Shown: positions 34,308-45,213, counted from the first letter of the stretch. The stretch is DNA of 64,000 bases from Prochloraceae cyanobacterium (GCA_030065265.1 JASJCW010000006.1:1820-65819), one strand, 5' to 3'. Notes: a model not told the origin generated them from the letters alone. Numbers and translations: made by a program.

Positions 34308-35042
34308 ATGGAAAACTTTAAATTACCTTTCCTTGCTGAATATCAGCCAGATATTAAAGCACAAAAAAAAGTAAACGTGGGTAGAGATAAAACTACTGGC
34401 GTTTTATCGATTGCCAAACACTACGATCTGACTGGTCTCGAATATGACTGGTTAGATGAAGAGCGACAGCGAGAAGGCATTAAAAATAACAACGTTCTTT
34501 TAGCTGAATTTGTAGATGGAGTTTCTAAAAAATACAATATCGAACTAACTGAAGTTTGGAAGTCAGTAACAAGGATTGAGAGAGCAGCGATCGCTGCTAC
34601 TGACAGTGACGAAAATGACTGGATTGAGATTCTACAAAATGAGTTAGCTTGTCCGCTACAAGATTATATCGAATACAGCGAGCAATTAAAAACTTATGCC
34701 AGACGTGACAAATATCTCAAAGCAACACTGGTATTAAAGTTCAGGGTAAACAGCGAAACTACTTTAGAAACTGTCAAGAATCCCGATCTAGTGCCAGTGG
34801 GTTTAGTTGATTGTTTGGCGCAGTTTTGTGACGAAGAAATGGCTAAACTGGAATCCTCGGATCAGAATGTGCCAGAACCAATCACGGACAAGCAAATAAA
34901 AAACTCGTCAAGCTCGGAACAGTCGCCGAGCGAAGAAATAAAACCGACTGGGCGCAAATCTACTGGCAAATCCAAAGATACTGGGGAGATAGAGACGAAC
35001 GGTTTAACTGGAAAAACTTTGGCTTCCAGCCACTCTGGTTAA
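34308..35042 (+). CDS. tail assembly chaperone (G-like, zero-frame product)
   Basis: Lies between the tail tube and tape measure genes. Contains the slippery heptamer A_AAA_AAC in frame. Acidic, as is typical of G proteins. Confidence 0.7.
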   Translation: MENFKLPFLAEYQPDIKAQKKVNVGRDKTTGVLSIAKHYDLTGLEYDWLDEERQREGIKNNNVLLAEFVDGVSKKYNIELTEVWKSVTRIERAAIAATDSDENDWIEILQNELACPLQDYIEYSEQLKTYARRDKYLKATLVLKFRVNSETTLETVKNPDLVPVGLVDCLAQFCDEEMAKLESSDQNVPEPITDKQIKNSSSSEQSPSEEIKPTGRKSTGKSKDTGEIETNGLTGKTLASSHSG

Positions 35043-35581
35043 TCTTACAAGCTCTAGAATATGGAGAGAAATTTTATAGAAAAGAAAAGGTAGACTCAGA
35101 ACTCCCGATCGCCGCGCTTACTCGTCAACTGGTAGCCATACACGATACTAAAAATCGCAAGTACAAGCTATCAGATTTCTGCTTGTTTGCTGAAGAAACT
35201 AAAAAAACTGCTGATATACCTGCAGCAGTAGCTAATACTTTCCTTTCTCTCACTGCTCAAAGTAAAGTCCCCAACTGGTGTTTATTCTCTGGTCTCGATC
35301 CTCAGAAAATAAAAGCTAGCTCGGATTTAGAATCAGGCTACACCATTCCAAGAGCTTGGACGAACAGGGAGGAAAAAGTCTTCTTTGTCTCTCCTTTCTT
35401 TTTAAATCAAGAGCTAATAGTTCCTCTGTGCTTTTTCGGTCGCAATTTCAATCGATCGCAAGTAATAACTCTGAACGACGTGGATAGCGGTAAAGGATAC
35501 AGAGTACACCTAAAAGATCTTCAGAATTTTTGCGGTTATGCAGATAAAGAAGTATTTAACTTAGTTGGTATTGTAGTATGA
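34308..35581 (+). CDS. tail assembly chaperone GT-like fusion made by a -1 frameshift at 34898..34904 (about 424 aa)
   Basis: By my codon-by-codon reading the -1 frame is open from 34847 to the stop at 35579..35581. Track ORF 35183..35581 is the tail end of this frame and has only a TTG start. Confidence 0.65.
34898..34904 (+). other. programmed -1 ribosomal frameshift slippery site A_AAA_AAC
   Basis: Zero-frame codons are ATA AAA AAC (I K N), so X_XXY_YYZ is satisfied exactly. Confidence 0.65.
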
Positions 35582-38500
35582 GCGAAGTCTCTATAAAGTT
35601 ATCGGTAGGAATAGACGAGCAAGAGTATCTCAGAGAGATAAGTAAAATACAGAGATCGCCTGTAGATTTACAAGCTAGCTTAAATCCCACTGGCTTAAAA
35701 AGTGACTTTGAGAAATTCTCTCGTACCAACAAAATAGACTTACAGCCAGCTTTAGATACTCGCTCTCTTGGTAATTCCCTAGCCAGAGCAGCAAGACAAA
35801 CTCAATTAAATCTAAATTTTACTCTAGACAAAAAAGCTACTGAAGAAGCTATCAAACAATTCGCTAAACAGAAACAAACTATTATTAGCAGTGCTGGAGA
35901 AGTAAAGGATAATTCCAATAAAGATTTAGCCAATACTCTTAATAGTTTTACCAAGGATTTTAGCAGAAGCTTACAAGAGTTTAACAAGGAGTTAGCTCGA
36001 CAACAAAAAAGAAATAAAACTGGATTATTTGGCAATGTATTTAAGGCTTTGTTAGGAGGAGCTTTAAGTCAAGTAGGAGGCTTTTTAGCACAGTCTTTTA
36101 TAGATCGAGCCAGAGCGCAAGCTTTCAACCTTGCCAGGATTTTAAGTGGCAAAGGTGCCATTGAGGAGTTTAAGGGAACTGACGCACAAGCTAAAACATT
36201 ACAACTTAGATATTTAGAAAGAATTGCTAGAAATACCAACAAATTAAGCTTTGGCGGTTTAGAAAATGAAGTTAATAGAGCTAAGAATAATACTAAAAGT
36301 ATTATAGACATACTAAAAAGTATCGATCGCAAAACTGAAAAGCCAGAAGGTTCTATATCTAAGCTGCTAAAAATTCCCTTTGCCAAATTAGAGCAAATAT
36401 CAGTGGGATTCTTTGAAAGGATAGGAGGGTTAAAAGCTGAAACAGTGTTCCCAGCTTTCGACCGAGGCTTTAAAGAAGTTCTGGGAATTAAAGATGAAGA
36501 CATACAAAAAGAAGCTTTTACTAAAGGAGCTATATTCGCAGCACTGCTTAAAGAAAGTGGCACGCAGTTAGATAAATTCAAACAGAAATTATTAGCTAAT
36601 GTTGAAGCGCTAAAAATAGCTGCTGTAGAGAGAGCCAAAGAAGTTAAGAAGCGCGGGGGCAAAGCAGCAAAGGATCCTTTAGCTGAAGTAGGGCAAGCGC
36701 TAGAATTCCTAGATCGTGCAGTTCCTAAAGAAATAGCTGTACCTATTAAATTTATCGTTCCTTCTAAGACTCTACGAGCCATATTAGAAGAAAAAGGAGT
36801 GCTAGTAAAAGGTAGGGAAGAAATTACAATACCTCTCAGGTTCGACGTAAAAGGAAAGCTAGAGACTGTAGTCAAGACTTTAGATGAAAAGATACCAGAA
36901 AAATTAAACATCCCAGTTACTCTTCTCCCTACCAATATCAAAGAAACTTTAGGGCAAGTATTTAAAATTCAAGACGAACAAATAACAATACCTTTAAGAT
37001 TTGATATACCTTCACCTCAAGATATATCTAAAAAAATTCAATCCCTCTATGGCAAGCAAGCAGGGATTAAAATCAGTATCCCTATCTTCCCAGATATAGA
37101 CTTAAGGGCAGAAGAAGCTAGGCTGATTACCGAGCCATTGAACGAACTTAAAAAGAACATTCAAGAAGTAATAAGAACGCAACAAATCAAGATACCTCTA
37201 ACATTTTTAGCTAACTTTATTACCCCTGAAAATGAAGGTCAAGATATTGCTGATTATGCTAAGGGATTGAGAGGGAAAATAAATCAAATACTATTAAACA
37301 ATTTTGACAAAGAGATAATCGTACATTTAGACAAAATAATACAGCCTTTTTTAGACCCAAGTAGTTTTGTTTCTCAAGTAAAAGAATCAGTAAAAGTCTT
37401 GCCTTCAAAAGTCAAGGAAGCTTTAAAAAATCTACCAGATATAGACATAGAAATCCCCTTGTCAATACCTCAGCTACAGATACCTAGTTTTGGTATGTCG
37501 TCTCTTTCTGGGAACAAAATAGAAGCTTATGCGCTTTCAGTTATTGACGCTGTAAATTTAAAATTACTGCAAGTATCAGCAGCAACTAAAGAAGGGATAA
37601 AGTTTAAAATACCTGTCCCAAAAATAGATTTAGATGCTCTATCGATGAGTTTAAAAATGCTCAAGTTAGAGTTAGAATCAGAGTTAATTGCTAGACTGCA
37701 AAAGTTAGATCGACCTATAGACATTAAAATTCCTAAGATTACTTTTAAGATTCCCGATCGCATCGAAGATCCAAAAATCATAATGAAATACAACATTGTG
37801 ATGCAACAGATATTAGCGGGAATCAGGGAAGAAACCGATTCTATAAATGAAGCTTTAGCGAAAATTTCTTTCGGGGCAATTCAAATACCTAGGTTTAGTT
37901 TGCCTCCACTAACCAGAACGGGAGCCAATAAGTTTTTAGATTCGTTGCGAGAAATAAAGGCGACTATTAACGAGGATATTGATAGTTTTAATGTTGCACT
38001 TAACGAGTACCTAAATAGTTTTAAAAATGGCTCTAAAAGTTTTATTCTCCAACTTAGTTCAGTTGTTGGCAATATACCTAATGCTATACAATCTAGCATA
38101 CAAGATTTTAGCTTAGAGAAAGTTACTGCTGAACTAAAAACTAAAGTAAGTAAGTTTGTAAAAGATGTTAAAGAGTTAGACGATCGCAAGATAGCTGTAA
38201 ATTTAGAGATTTGGAAATTCAACGTAGTCAACAACATCACGGACGCTTACAGAGATTTAGAGAGCAAGATCAAATCTATTCCACCTCTAACAATTCCTTT
38301 ACCTAACATTGTTTTGCCAGATCTAGGGATTATATACCCCACATCAGTAGACGAGAAAATATATATAGGATTCGTCAACAGGTTTAACAAGACTTATCAA
38401 AACTTGAGAGAAAAGCTACAAAATATCAAATTAGGGGATCTTAATATCCCTATTAAACCAGGTAGTATATTACTAAGTATAAAAGCTTTTGAAATCACAG

Positions 38501-41500
38501 AGGATGTAGTCTCCCTTCAAAAGAACTTTGACCGAGCGATCGGTTTAATTAATAATCAATTTGAAGTTGGCAAGAATAGAATAGAAAAAACTTACACTGA
38601 TTTAGTTATTTCCCTCGAAGCTTTTAGCGGCAAGGATCTTAAGTTAAATCTTCCTAATATCCAGATACCAGATCTAGGCATAGATATTAATACAGCTAGC
38701 GCCGATGAGAAAGTATTCAAACAGATAGTAGATGCTATAAATCAAAGCTATTTAAAAGTTAAAACAGCACTCGAATCGAAATCGGTTAAACTGCCAGAAT
38801 TCAAACTACCATTAACAATCAATGCCCCTAAAATACAATTGCCTAACAGCTACGATATTATTTTTGGCACTCAAGACTTAATAGATTACTCGAAAAAAAT
38901 TTATAATGAATTTAGAGGGAAGTTACAAGAGTTAGCTAACGACCCGTCTTTATCAGTAGAAATAAAAATACCTAAGCTCAAGTTAAAGTTACCTGAAATA
39001 GTATACAAAGATATTGATAAGTTACCAGGATTATTAAGAGTATCTCTCAAGACTTTAAAACTTGTAGAGACATTACAAGATGTCTTAGACAGAGAGGCTG
39101 ACAAAACTATAACTATAAAATTCCCTAATATAGAATTACCAGAAGCCGAGCAAATACCAGAAGTATTTAAGCAAAAAATAAAAGGAATAAAGCAAGGAGT
39201 TTTAGAGCTTCCAGCAAAAATAAATCTACAATTACAAGAAAGTCAAAAAGACTTACAAGTTTTATTAGAAACTTCAAAAGCTATTTTTGGCAATATGGCT
39301 AATAGTTACGCTGTTCTTTTTGGAGCTAAAATAAGCGAAACTAAAAATAAATTTTATGATTTTATAGATAACATTCCTAAAAGAATAGAAATAGATTTAA
39401 CTTTTGACTTGCCAGACCCCAACCAATGGTTGGAGCAAGCCAATAAAACTATAGAAGAGATAGTTAAAAACCTGAGAAAAGCTCAAGGAGAGTTCAAGTA
39501 TAGAGACTTGCAGCAAGCTGTAAAAGCTTACAAACAGCAAGGCTTGACAGATATTGACTTGAGATCGAGCGCTGCTAAACTGCAGGCTGAATACGATCGG
39601 ATCAAGCAAATTCAAGTCAGTGAATTTAAAGAGATGGTTGGGAATGCTGGGAAAACAGCAGAACTCTTATCGCGATCGTTCCTATTCGATCTGATTTTTT
39701 CCGATATTAGTGCAGCATGGCATAAAACCAACAATTCCCTAACAGGGGACATGAAAGATCTCTCCCATCTCTCCGAAAAGATCGGTGATGACGTGCTGCA
39801 CGATTTGGCTGAAGGTTCCCCAGGACTGACAGCAGACATAAGAGCAGCATGGGCTAAAACTACTGCTTTTATAGGGAAAAAGCTACACGAAGTCAAGCAA
39901 GCAGCAGTAAGCGCAGGGAGCAAAATAAAAGAGAGTTTGACAGCGCCACCCACACAAGAGAGTTATACATCTTCTCAAGGTAAATATGATAGCTCTAGAG
40001 CGCAAGCAGCTATCAGAGGAGTGCGATCTAGTGCAGCAGAAAACGTACAAAATCTAAAGCAGCGTTTCAGCAATACTGCCAATAGAGCAGATATAGGGGC
40101 TAGGAATGTAGCAGGTAGATTTTTTGACGAGGGAGATGTTAATCGCGAAGCTGACAAGATAAAAGATAGTATCTCTGACTTTGCCTCACAAGTTCGAGAT
40201 ACGATCGCTAATGGAACTGAAGCAGCTAGAACCGCAGCGAGGAAAAATCTATTTAAATCAACTGACGACGTTAATAAGACTTTAAATAAGCTGAGAAACT
40301 ATAAAAAGGATTTTGACAAGGTTTACTCAAGTCTGTTCGAGCAAGTTAGACGAGCCGCGCCAAATGTCGATCTCAGTTCGTTAGAGCAAAGCTTAACTAA
40401 GATCTCTCAAGCTGAATCGAAAGTAAGCAGCTTATTGGAAAACTTCGACGTACCGCTAGATCTGGAAGGAAATATTGACAGTGACAAATTACTGAGAGAT
40501 CTGGCCAAAGTAGAGAAAGCGCTAAACGAGTATAGAAAGGACATTAAGGAACTCAACAAAGAAACTACCCTCTTGTCTCCTAAAATGCTAAACGCTCTTC
40601 CAGAAGATGTGAAAGCAGCAATTAAGAGAGCTGCTAGTGCTGCTAGTGCTGAATTGGATAATTTGAGCGAACGCGGTCAAAGAGCCATTAGGGATATATT
40701 CGATTTGCCGCCAGAACTAACAAGCCAATTACCAGAAAAGCTTAGAAGCCAATTAGAGAATTTAATCCAGCGCGGTGGTGGTCAAAGGTACTCTCAAGCT
40801 GAAGAAGAAATGAGAGGTGTTACTCAGCAAGCTAATAGATTAGCTCAAGCATTAGGACAAGTAAGAAAAGTAGGAGGGAAAGCTCTATTCTTATTACTTG
40901 GCTTCGTTGCTATTAAATCAGCTTTCTCAAGTCTATTCGGCCAGATAGGGCAAATAGTACAGTCAGCAGTTTTAGATTTGCAGAATAATTTTAACAATGC
41001 CATTGAAGTAAGAGCATTTAAAAACCTCTTCAAGCAATTCGAGCGATCGGCTAATGACAGCTTTGACTCAGTAATAGAAAAAGCTAACAGATTAGGGCAA
41101 GACTTAAAGACTTTAGCTAACACTCAATTATCATTTCAATTATCACTTCAAGGGACAGCAGTAGAGGATCAGTCAAGTCAAATCACGGAAAGCTTAACAG
41201 CAGGTTTAAGCGCTTTCGGACTGTCTAAGGACAAGTTTCAGCAAGCGATGACAGCTTTACAGCAGATAGCAGGAAAGTCAGTTGTTAGCATGGAGGAGTT
41301 GAGGCAACAATTAGGAGAAGCCCTACCAGCAGCAACAGCCATAGGTGCTAGATCTATGGGATTGACTCAACAGGAATTCAATCAATTAGTAGCATCAGGA
41401 AATTTATTAGCTGAAGACTTTTTACCGAAGTTTTCTAAACAGTTAAAACTAGAAACTATGGGCATTTTTATTAAAAATGCTAACAGTGCTTCTAACAGTT

Positions 41501-44500
41501 TTAATAGATTGAAAAACGAAGCTTATCTTACTAGTGCTGCTATGGGCGAATTTAACCTCGCTATAGGAAAACCAGTATTTGGAGTACTGGTAAACGGACT
41601 GAAAGCAATTAGAGAAAATATGCAGGTAATTAGCTTGCTAATTGCTGGAGGGTTAGTTGTTTATTTAAGAGTGCTAATAAAAACAGCACTTGCAGCAGCA
41701 GTAGCCACAGGGAGAGCTATGGGGACAATCGAGTCCAGTACTAAAACTGCTACTGCTGCTGTGAGAATTTTAGGAGGTGTCCTAAAATCTATAGCAATAC
41801 AATTTGGGATAGTTTTAGTCGCTGCACTAGCTATTAAAGCTGCGGCGAACATTTGGGACGTGTGGACGGGTGGAGGCAACGAATTTATCAAATCAGTCAG
41901 GGAAGCTAGGGAAGTCAGCAAAAATTTGAGGACTGACTTACAAGGTGCTTTCGATCGCCTCAATGATATTAGGGAAGCTGAAGGATTAAAGCCAATTGAA
42001 GTAAACATAATAGTCAAGCGAAAAGTAGAAGACGAAAAAGAGCCAGTTAGGGAAATTCCGATCGCTACTGATAAATTCAGCCAAGGGATGGATTATGTAT
42101 TGAATGCTGCTATCTCAGCTTTTGACCCTCGAACTTATATAAGCAGAATGAAATTAGAAAACCCTTATAAAGAATACAATTTAATAGCCAGAAAAGAAGT
42201 AGAAAATACTCTCAAAGAAGCCGGTAAATTTGTCAAAGAACAGAATGAAGATCTGAGCTTATTGATGAATCCTTATCAGGATAAAGGCAAGCAACAGCAA
42301 GCTTTAAAAGATGCTCTCAGATTGAAAGATGAAATATCTAGAATCAAAGTAGAAATAGGTTTAGAGAAACTCAAGCCAGAATTAGACACTGAAAGCTTAA
42401 ACAATCTAAAAGCTGCCTTACAAGAGGCTAATAAAAAATATTTAGCAGCACAAGAGACACTATTGCCTCAAGGTGGAACTCAAGCGATCGCCAGGCTGAG
42501 AAAACAAGCTAAAGCCAGAAGGCGAGAGTTAGTGGAGAAAGGACAAAAACAAGGTTTTGAAGGGGTAGAACCATATATAAAACAGATTGACGATTATATA
42601 GCTCGTCTCGATGCTGCTGAACCTCAAATAAGAGAAATACAAGAAGCATTTAAACAAGGGATTTATAATTTTGCTAATGCCTTTGCCGTTGTCGATCGCG
42701 AGTTAGGAGCTAAGCGATACGATATCAACATTGAAGATGCTAAAACTAGAATCAGTATCCTACAACAAGAAGTTAAAAACTTGCTCGCTCCCGAAGAGGT
42801 TAAACTGAAAATATCTCGCGCTGACTTGAGAAAATATGAAGCTGAAATTAAAACTTATCAAGAAGAAATAGCTAGAAAGCAAGAAACGATCGCTAAGAAT
42901 ATTACTCCCAGTTTCAGAAGTCAACTTGAAAAAGCAGCAGGGAAAAAATTAGAACTCTTTACAAGTGCTGACGTTGAAGGGATATCAAAAAGCTTTGCTG
43001 CTAATAATATAGCTCTAAATAACTCCCAAAAAGCTGTATTGCAAGCTCTCAAGGATATATCTGAAGCCAGAGCCAAAGAAAATCAAACTGAAATAAATAG
43101 ACTTAAATCTCTCAAAGAAACTATATCGGCAGCATACAAGCAATTAAAAGATACAGTGGCTAAATCGAAAGAAGCTAGCGGCAGAATTCTAGCTAAAAGG
43201 AGATTGGAGATAGTAACAGCTAGAGAGACAGGAGATATATCTCAAACTGGCTTTGACAAGCTACTTAAAAACTTAGATATAGCTAGAACTAAAGAGAAAA
43301 TAAAACTCAAATATCAAGAATTAGCAGCAGAGAAAGAAGCCCTTGAAAAGAGTTTTATTAATCAAAGACAATATGCAAAAAGAGAAACCAAAATATACGA
43401 CGATCTAGCTGAATTAAAAAACAGTTTATTAGATAAAGAAAAAGCTAAGCAAGAGAGATTGATAGACTTAAAACAGCAAGCTTTAAAACTAATAGATTTA
43501 GAGATAAAGAAAAATCAAAACTTGCTTTACAGTTACGATCGCCTTTCCAATAATGTATTAACTCTATATACCAATTTAAACAATGCTAGAAAAGAGTTAG
43601 CCACAGCTAGTGGAACTTTAGACCAGACTCAATTTAAAGGCGAAATAGACAGGATAAATAAAGCTATAGAACTCAGAAAAACTTTAGCTAATAAAGATGC
43701 TTCAGTCAAAGATAGAAGCCAAGCTAGGTATCAACTGAAGCAATTAAATATATATGGAAATATCAATCAACTAGAAAAGAAAAAGGCAACTATACAAGAT
43801 AAATCAGATATAGCAAGACTTACAGCACTCAAAGAACAGCAAGCACTCTCCTTAAAATTATTGCAGATTGAGCGACTCAGAGCAATTACTGTAGCCAGAC
43901 GAGCGATCGAGCAAGCCAAAATAGAAAAGCTTCAATCAGCGAAAAACTTTCTCACAGCACAAGGGGAATTACAAAAAGCTTTACTCGATGGGGACAAGAC
44001 TAAAATCAGGATAGCTAAATTAGGTTTAGAGATAGCACAGCAAGAGATAGCTATAGGGCAGCAGAAGATTAAAGACGCTAAAAACGCTCTAGCTACTGAG
44101 AGAGAAATAAGCAGAATCAAATTACAAGCCAATAAAAAACAGCGCCAGAATGAATTACTACAAGCAACCAATGAAATCAGACTGAATAACCCCGATCTGC
44201 TGAGGAAAAAACAGCAGAAAAAAGACTACTCGATATTTATCGACTTCGGCGATCGCCAGGTATTTAGAGAGAAAAAATACGAGAGACCAGATCCGAAAGA
44301 CTTTGTAAAAGGTCTCTCTGATATCGAGATTAATCCTAAGTTTACCCGCGATCGAGAGTTAGAAAACTTCAAGCCAATAGTAGATATTGGCAATGAAAAA
44401 CTAAATAGAGAATATACTCCTTATCTAAAGCCGAGATTACCAGAACCTAGTTTAGTTGCAGATCGCGATCTAATCTCGTCAGAAGCGCTAGGCAATCGTC

Positions 44501-44949
44501 GTCTGGGGACTCTCCCGCAGCTTACAGATCGCGATCTGGATTTAAAACGAGACTTTAGCAAGTTAGCGCCAGGAGTAACACCATTTCCAGAAACACTTCA
44601 CTCTCAAACAACATCTATCGATAAAATCCCACAATTACTACAACAGATAGATCGAAATACTCAATCTCAACAACTGAACGAGCGAGCAAATCAGCAGCTT
44701 AACGATCGCGTCAGCCCTGTAGATACAGAACAATTAGAGCAAAAAACAGTATATGCAAAAAATATACTAGATACTAATACAGCTATACTAGGTAAAGTTG
44801 GTGAGATGCTGAATACTATTAAATCGAAGCCATTAGGACAAATTGAGATAAACAACACTGTCCCTGATAGCAGCCAAAATTTAGCTGACGATTTAACTAG
44901 AAAAACTATAGAAGGAATTGTAAATATAATCGAACGTGCAGCAGGTTAA
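35578..44949 (+). CDS. tail tape measure protein (3123 aa)
   Basis: Giant ORF after the chaperones with an ATGA overlap. The tape-measure core pattern QQAMTALQQIAGKSVVSMEELRQQLGEALPAATAIGARSMGLTQQEFNQLVASGNLLAEDFLPKF is followed by hydrophobic segments. Long coiled-coil-like regions throughout. Confidence 0.9.
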   Translation: MSEVSIKLSVGIDEQEYLREISKIQRSPVDLQASLNPTGLKSDFEKFSRTNKIDLQPALDTRSLGNSLARAARQTQLNLNFTLDKKATEEAIKQFAKQKQTIISSAGEVKDNSNKDLANTLNSFTKDFSRSLQEFNKELARQQKRNKTGLFGNVFKALLGGALSQVGGFLAQSFIDRARAQAFNLARILSGKGAIEEFKGTDAQAKTLQLRYLERIARNTNKLSFGGLENEVNRAKNNTKSIIDILKSIDRKTEKPEGSISKLLKIPFAKLEQISVGFFERIGGLKAETVFPAFDRGFKEVLGIKDEDIQKEAFTKGAIFAALLKESGTQLDKFKQKLLANVEALKIAAVERAKEVKKRGGKAAKDPLAEVGQALEFLDRAVPKEIAVPIKFIVPSKTLRAILEEKGVLVKGREEITIPLRFDVKGKLETVVKTLDEKIPEKLNIPVTLLPTNIKETLGQVFKIQDEQITIPLRFDIPSPQDISKKIQSLYGKQAGIKISIPIFPDIDLRAEEARLITEPLNELKKNIQEVIRTQQIKIPLTFLANFITPENEGQDIADYAKGLRGKINQILLNNFDKEIIVHLDKIIQPFLDPSSFVSQVKESVKVLPSKVKEALKNLPDIDIEIPLSIPQLQIPSFGMSSLSGNKIEAYALSVIDAVNLKLLQVSAATKEGIKFKIPVPKIDLDALSMSLKMLKLELESELIARLQKLDRPIDIKIPKITFKIPDRIEDPKIIMKYNIVMQQILAGIREETDSINEALAKISFGAIQIPRFSLPPLTRTGANKFLDSLREIKATINEDIDSFNVALNEYLNSFKNGSKSFILQLSSVVGNIPNAIQSSIQDFSLEKVTAELKTKVSKFVKDVKELDDRKIAVNLEIWKFNVVNNITDAYRDLESKIKSIPPLTIPLPNIVLPDLGIIYPTSVDEKIYIGFVNRFNKTYQNLREKLQNIKLGDLNIPIKPGSILLSIKAFEITEDVVSLQKNFDRAIGLINNQFEVGKNRIEKTYTDLVISLEAFSGKDLKLNLPNIQIPDLGIDINTASADEKVFKQIVDAINQSYLKVKTALESKSVKLPEFKLPLTINAPKIQLPNSYDIIFGTQDLIDYSKKIYNEFRGKLQELANDPSLSVEIKIPKLKLKLPEIVYKDIDKLPGLLRVSLKTLKLVETLQDVLDREADKTITIKFPNIELPEAEQIPEVFKQKIKGIKQGVLELPAKINLQLQESQKDLQVLLETSKAIFGNMANSYAVLFGAKISETKNKFYDFIDNIPKRIEIDLTFDLPDPNQWLEQANKTIEEIVKNLRKAQGEFKYRDLQQAVKAYKQQGLTDIDLRSSAAKLQAEYDRIKQIQVSEFKEMVGNAGKTAELLSRSFLFDLIFSDISAAWHKTNNSLTGDMKDLSHLSEKIGDDVLHDLAEGSPGLTADIRAAWAKTTAFIGKKLHEVKQAAVSAGSKIKESLTAPPTQESYTSSQGKYDSSRAQAAIRGVRSSAAENVQNLKQRFSNTANRADIGARNVAGRFFDEGDVNREADKIKDSISDFASQVRDTIANGTEAARTAARKNLFKSTDDVNKTLNKLRNYKKDFDKVYSSLFEQVRRAAPNVDLSSLEQSLTKISQAESKVSSLLENFDVPLDLEGNIDSDKLLRDLAKVEKALNEYRKDIKELNKETTLLSPKMLNALPEDVKAAIKRAASAASAELDNLSERGQRAIRDIFDLPPELTSQLPEKLRSQLENLIQRGGGQRYSQAEEEMRGVTQQANRLAQALGQVRKVGGKALFLLLGFVAIKSAFSSLFGQIGQIVQSAVLDLQNNFNNAIEVRAFKNLFKQFERSANDSFDSVIEKANRLGQDLKTLANTQLSFQLSLQGTAVEDQSSQITESLTAGLSAFGLSKDKFQQAMTALQQIAGKSVVSMEELRQQLGEALPAATAIGARSMGLTQQEFNQLVASGNLLAEDFLPKFSKQLKLETMGIFIKNANSASNSFNRLKNEAYLTSAAMGEFNLAIGKPVFGVLVNGLKAIRENMQVISLLIAGGLVVYLRVLIKTALAAAVATGRAMGTIESSTKTATAAVRILGGVLKSIAIQFGIVLVAALAIKAAANIWDVWTGGGNEFIKSVREAREVSKNLRTDLQGAFDRLNDIREAEGLKPIEVNIIVKRKVEDEKEPVREIPIATDKFSQGMDYVLNAAISAFDPRTYISRMKLENPYKEYNLIARKEVENTLKEAGKFVKEQNEDLSLLMNPYQDKGKQQQALKDALRLKDEISRIKVEIGLEKLKPELDTESLNNLKAALQEANKKYLAAQETLLPQGGTQAIARLRKQAKARRRELVEKGQKQGFEGVEPYIKQIDDYIARLDAAEPQIREIQEAFKQGIYNFANAFAVVDRELGAKRYDINIEDAKTRISILQQEVKNLLAPEEVKLKISRADLRKYEAEIKTYQEEIARKQETIAKNITPSFRSQLEKAAGKKLELFTSADVEGISKSFAANNIALNNSQKAVLQALKDISEARAKENQTEINRLKSLKETISAAYKQLKDTVAKSKEASGRILAKRRLEIVTARETGDISQTGFDKLLKNLDIARTKEKIKLKYQELAAEKEALEKSFINQRQYAKRETKIYDDLAELKNSLLDKEKAKQERLIDLKQQALKLIDLEIKKNQNLLYSYDRLSNNVLTLYTNLNNARKELATASGTLDQTQFKGEIDRINKAIELRKTLANKDASVKDRSQARYQLKQLNIYGNINQLEKKKATIQDKSDIARLTALKEQQALSLKLLQIERLRAITVARRAIEQAKIEKLQSAKNFLTAQGELQKALLDGDKTKIRIAKLGLEIAQQEIAIGQQKIKDAKNALATEREISRIKLQANKKQRQNELLQATNEIRLNNPDLLRKKQQKKDYSIFIDFGDRQVFREKKYERPDPKDFVKGLSDIEINPKFTRDRELENFKPIVDIGNEKLNREYTPYLKPRLPEPSLVADRDLISSEALGNRRLGTLPQLTDRDLDLKRDFSKLAPGVTPFPETLHSQTTSIDKIPQLLQQIDRNTQSQQLNERANQQLNDRVSPVDTEQLEQKTVYAKNILDTNTAILGKVGEMLNTIKSKPLGQIEINNTVPDSSQNLADDLTRKTIEGIVNIIERAAG

Positions 44950-45155
44950 TCTTTGCTGTAATCTTCCCAATTATCAATATATTGATTGATTGCCTCTCTA
45001 GCTATTGCAGCTAGCGTCCTATCCGTCAGATTTGACAATTTCACCATCTTTGCCATTCTGTCGCGACTTATTCTCACTGAGATTAGCTTTTTATCTAGCA
45101 CTTCCCCAGTTATCTTAAACGTTCCGTTGCTTTCTCTTTGTCTATCTTTACTCAC
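44946..45155 (-). CDS. ribbon-helix-helix (CopG-like) small regulator
   Basis: KLISVRISRDRMAKMVKLSNLTDRTLAAIAREAINQYI (beta strand, helix, helix pattern). 69 aa. Confidence 0.55.
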   Translation of the reverse strand: MSKDRQRESNGTFKITGEVLDKKLISVRISRDRMAKMVKLSNLTDRTLAAIAREAINQYIDNWEDYSKD

Positions 45156-45184
45156 TTGCTCGCCATGATGTCAGCCTACTTTAC

Positions 45185-45213
45185 TTGATTATAGCTTTTT
45201 AAACTGCTATAAT
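45185..45213 (+). promoter_or_regulatory. sigma70-type promoter TTGATT-17 nt-TATAAT with an inverted repeat (tatagc/gctata) overlapping the -10 region
   Basis: Read directly. About 60 nt upstream of 45274. A hairpin gtggctga-tgtttg-tcagccac (45221..45242) follows. Confidence 0.55.

Noticed and set aside
35802-44171. About a dozen antisense ORFs (60-290 aa) inside the tape measure gene, e.g. 36069..36941, 37881..38240, 41661..42017.
   Set aside because: They lie entirely within, and antisense to, a 9.4-kb ORF that has clear tape-measure features. Their low-complexity S/L/A/F-rich translations are typical mirror-frame artefacts.
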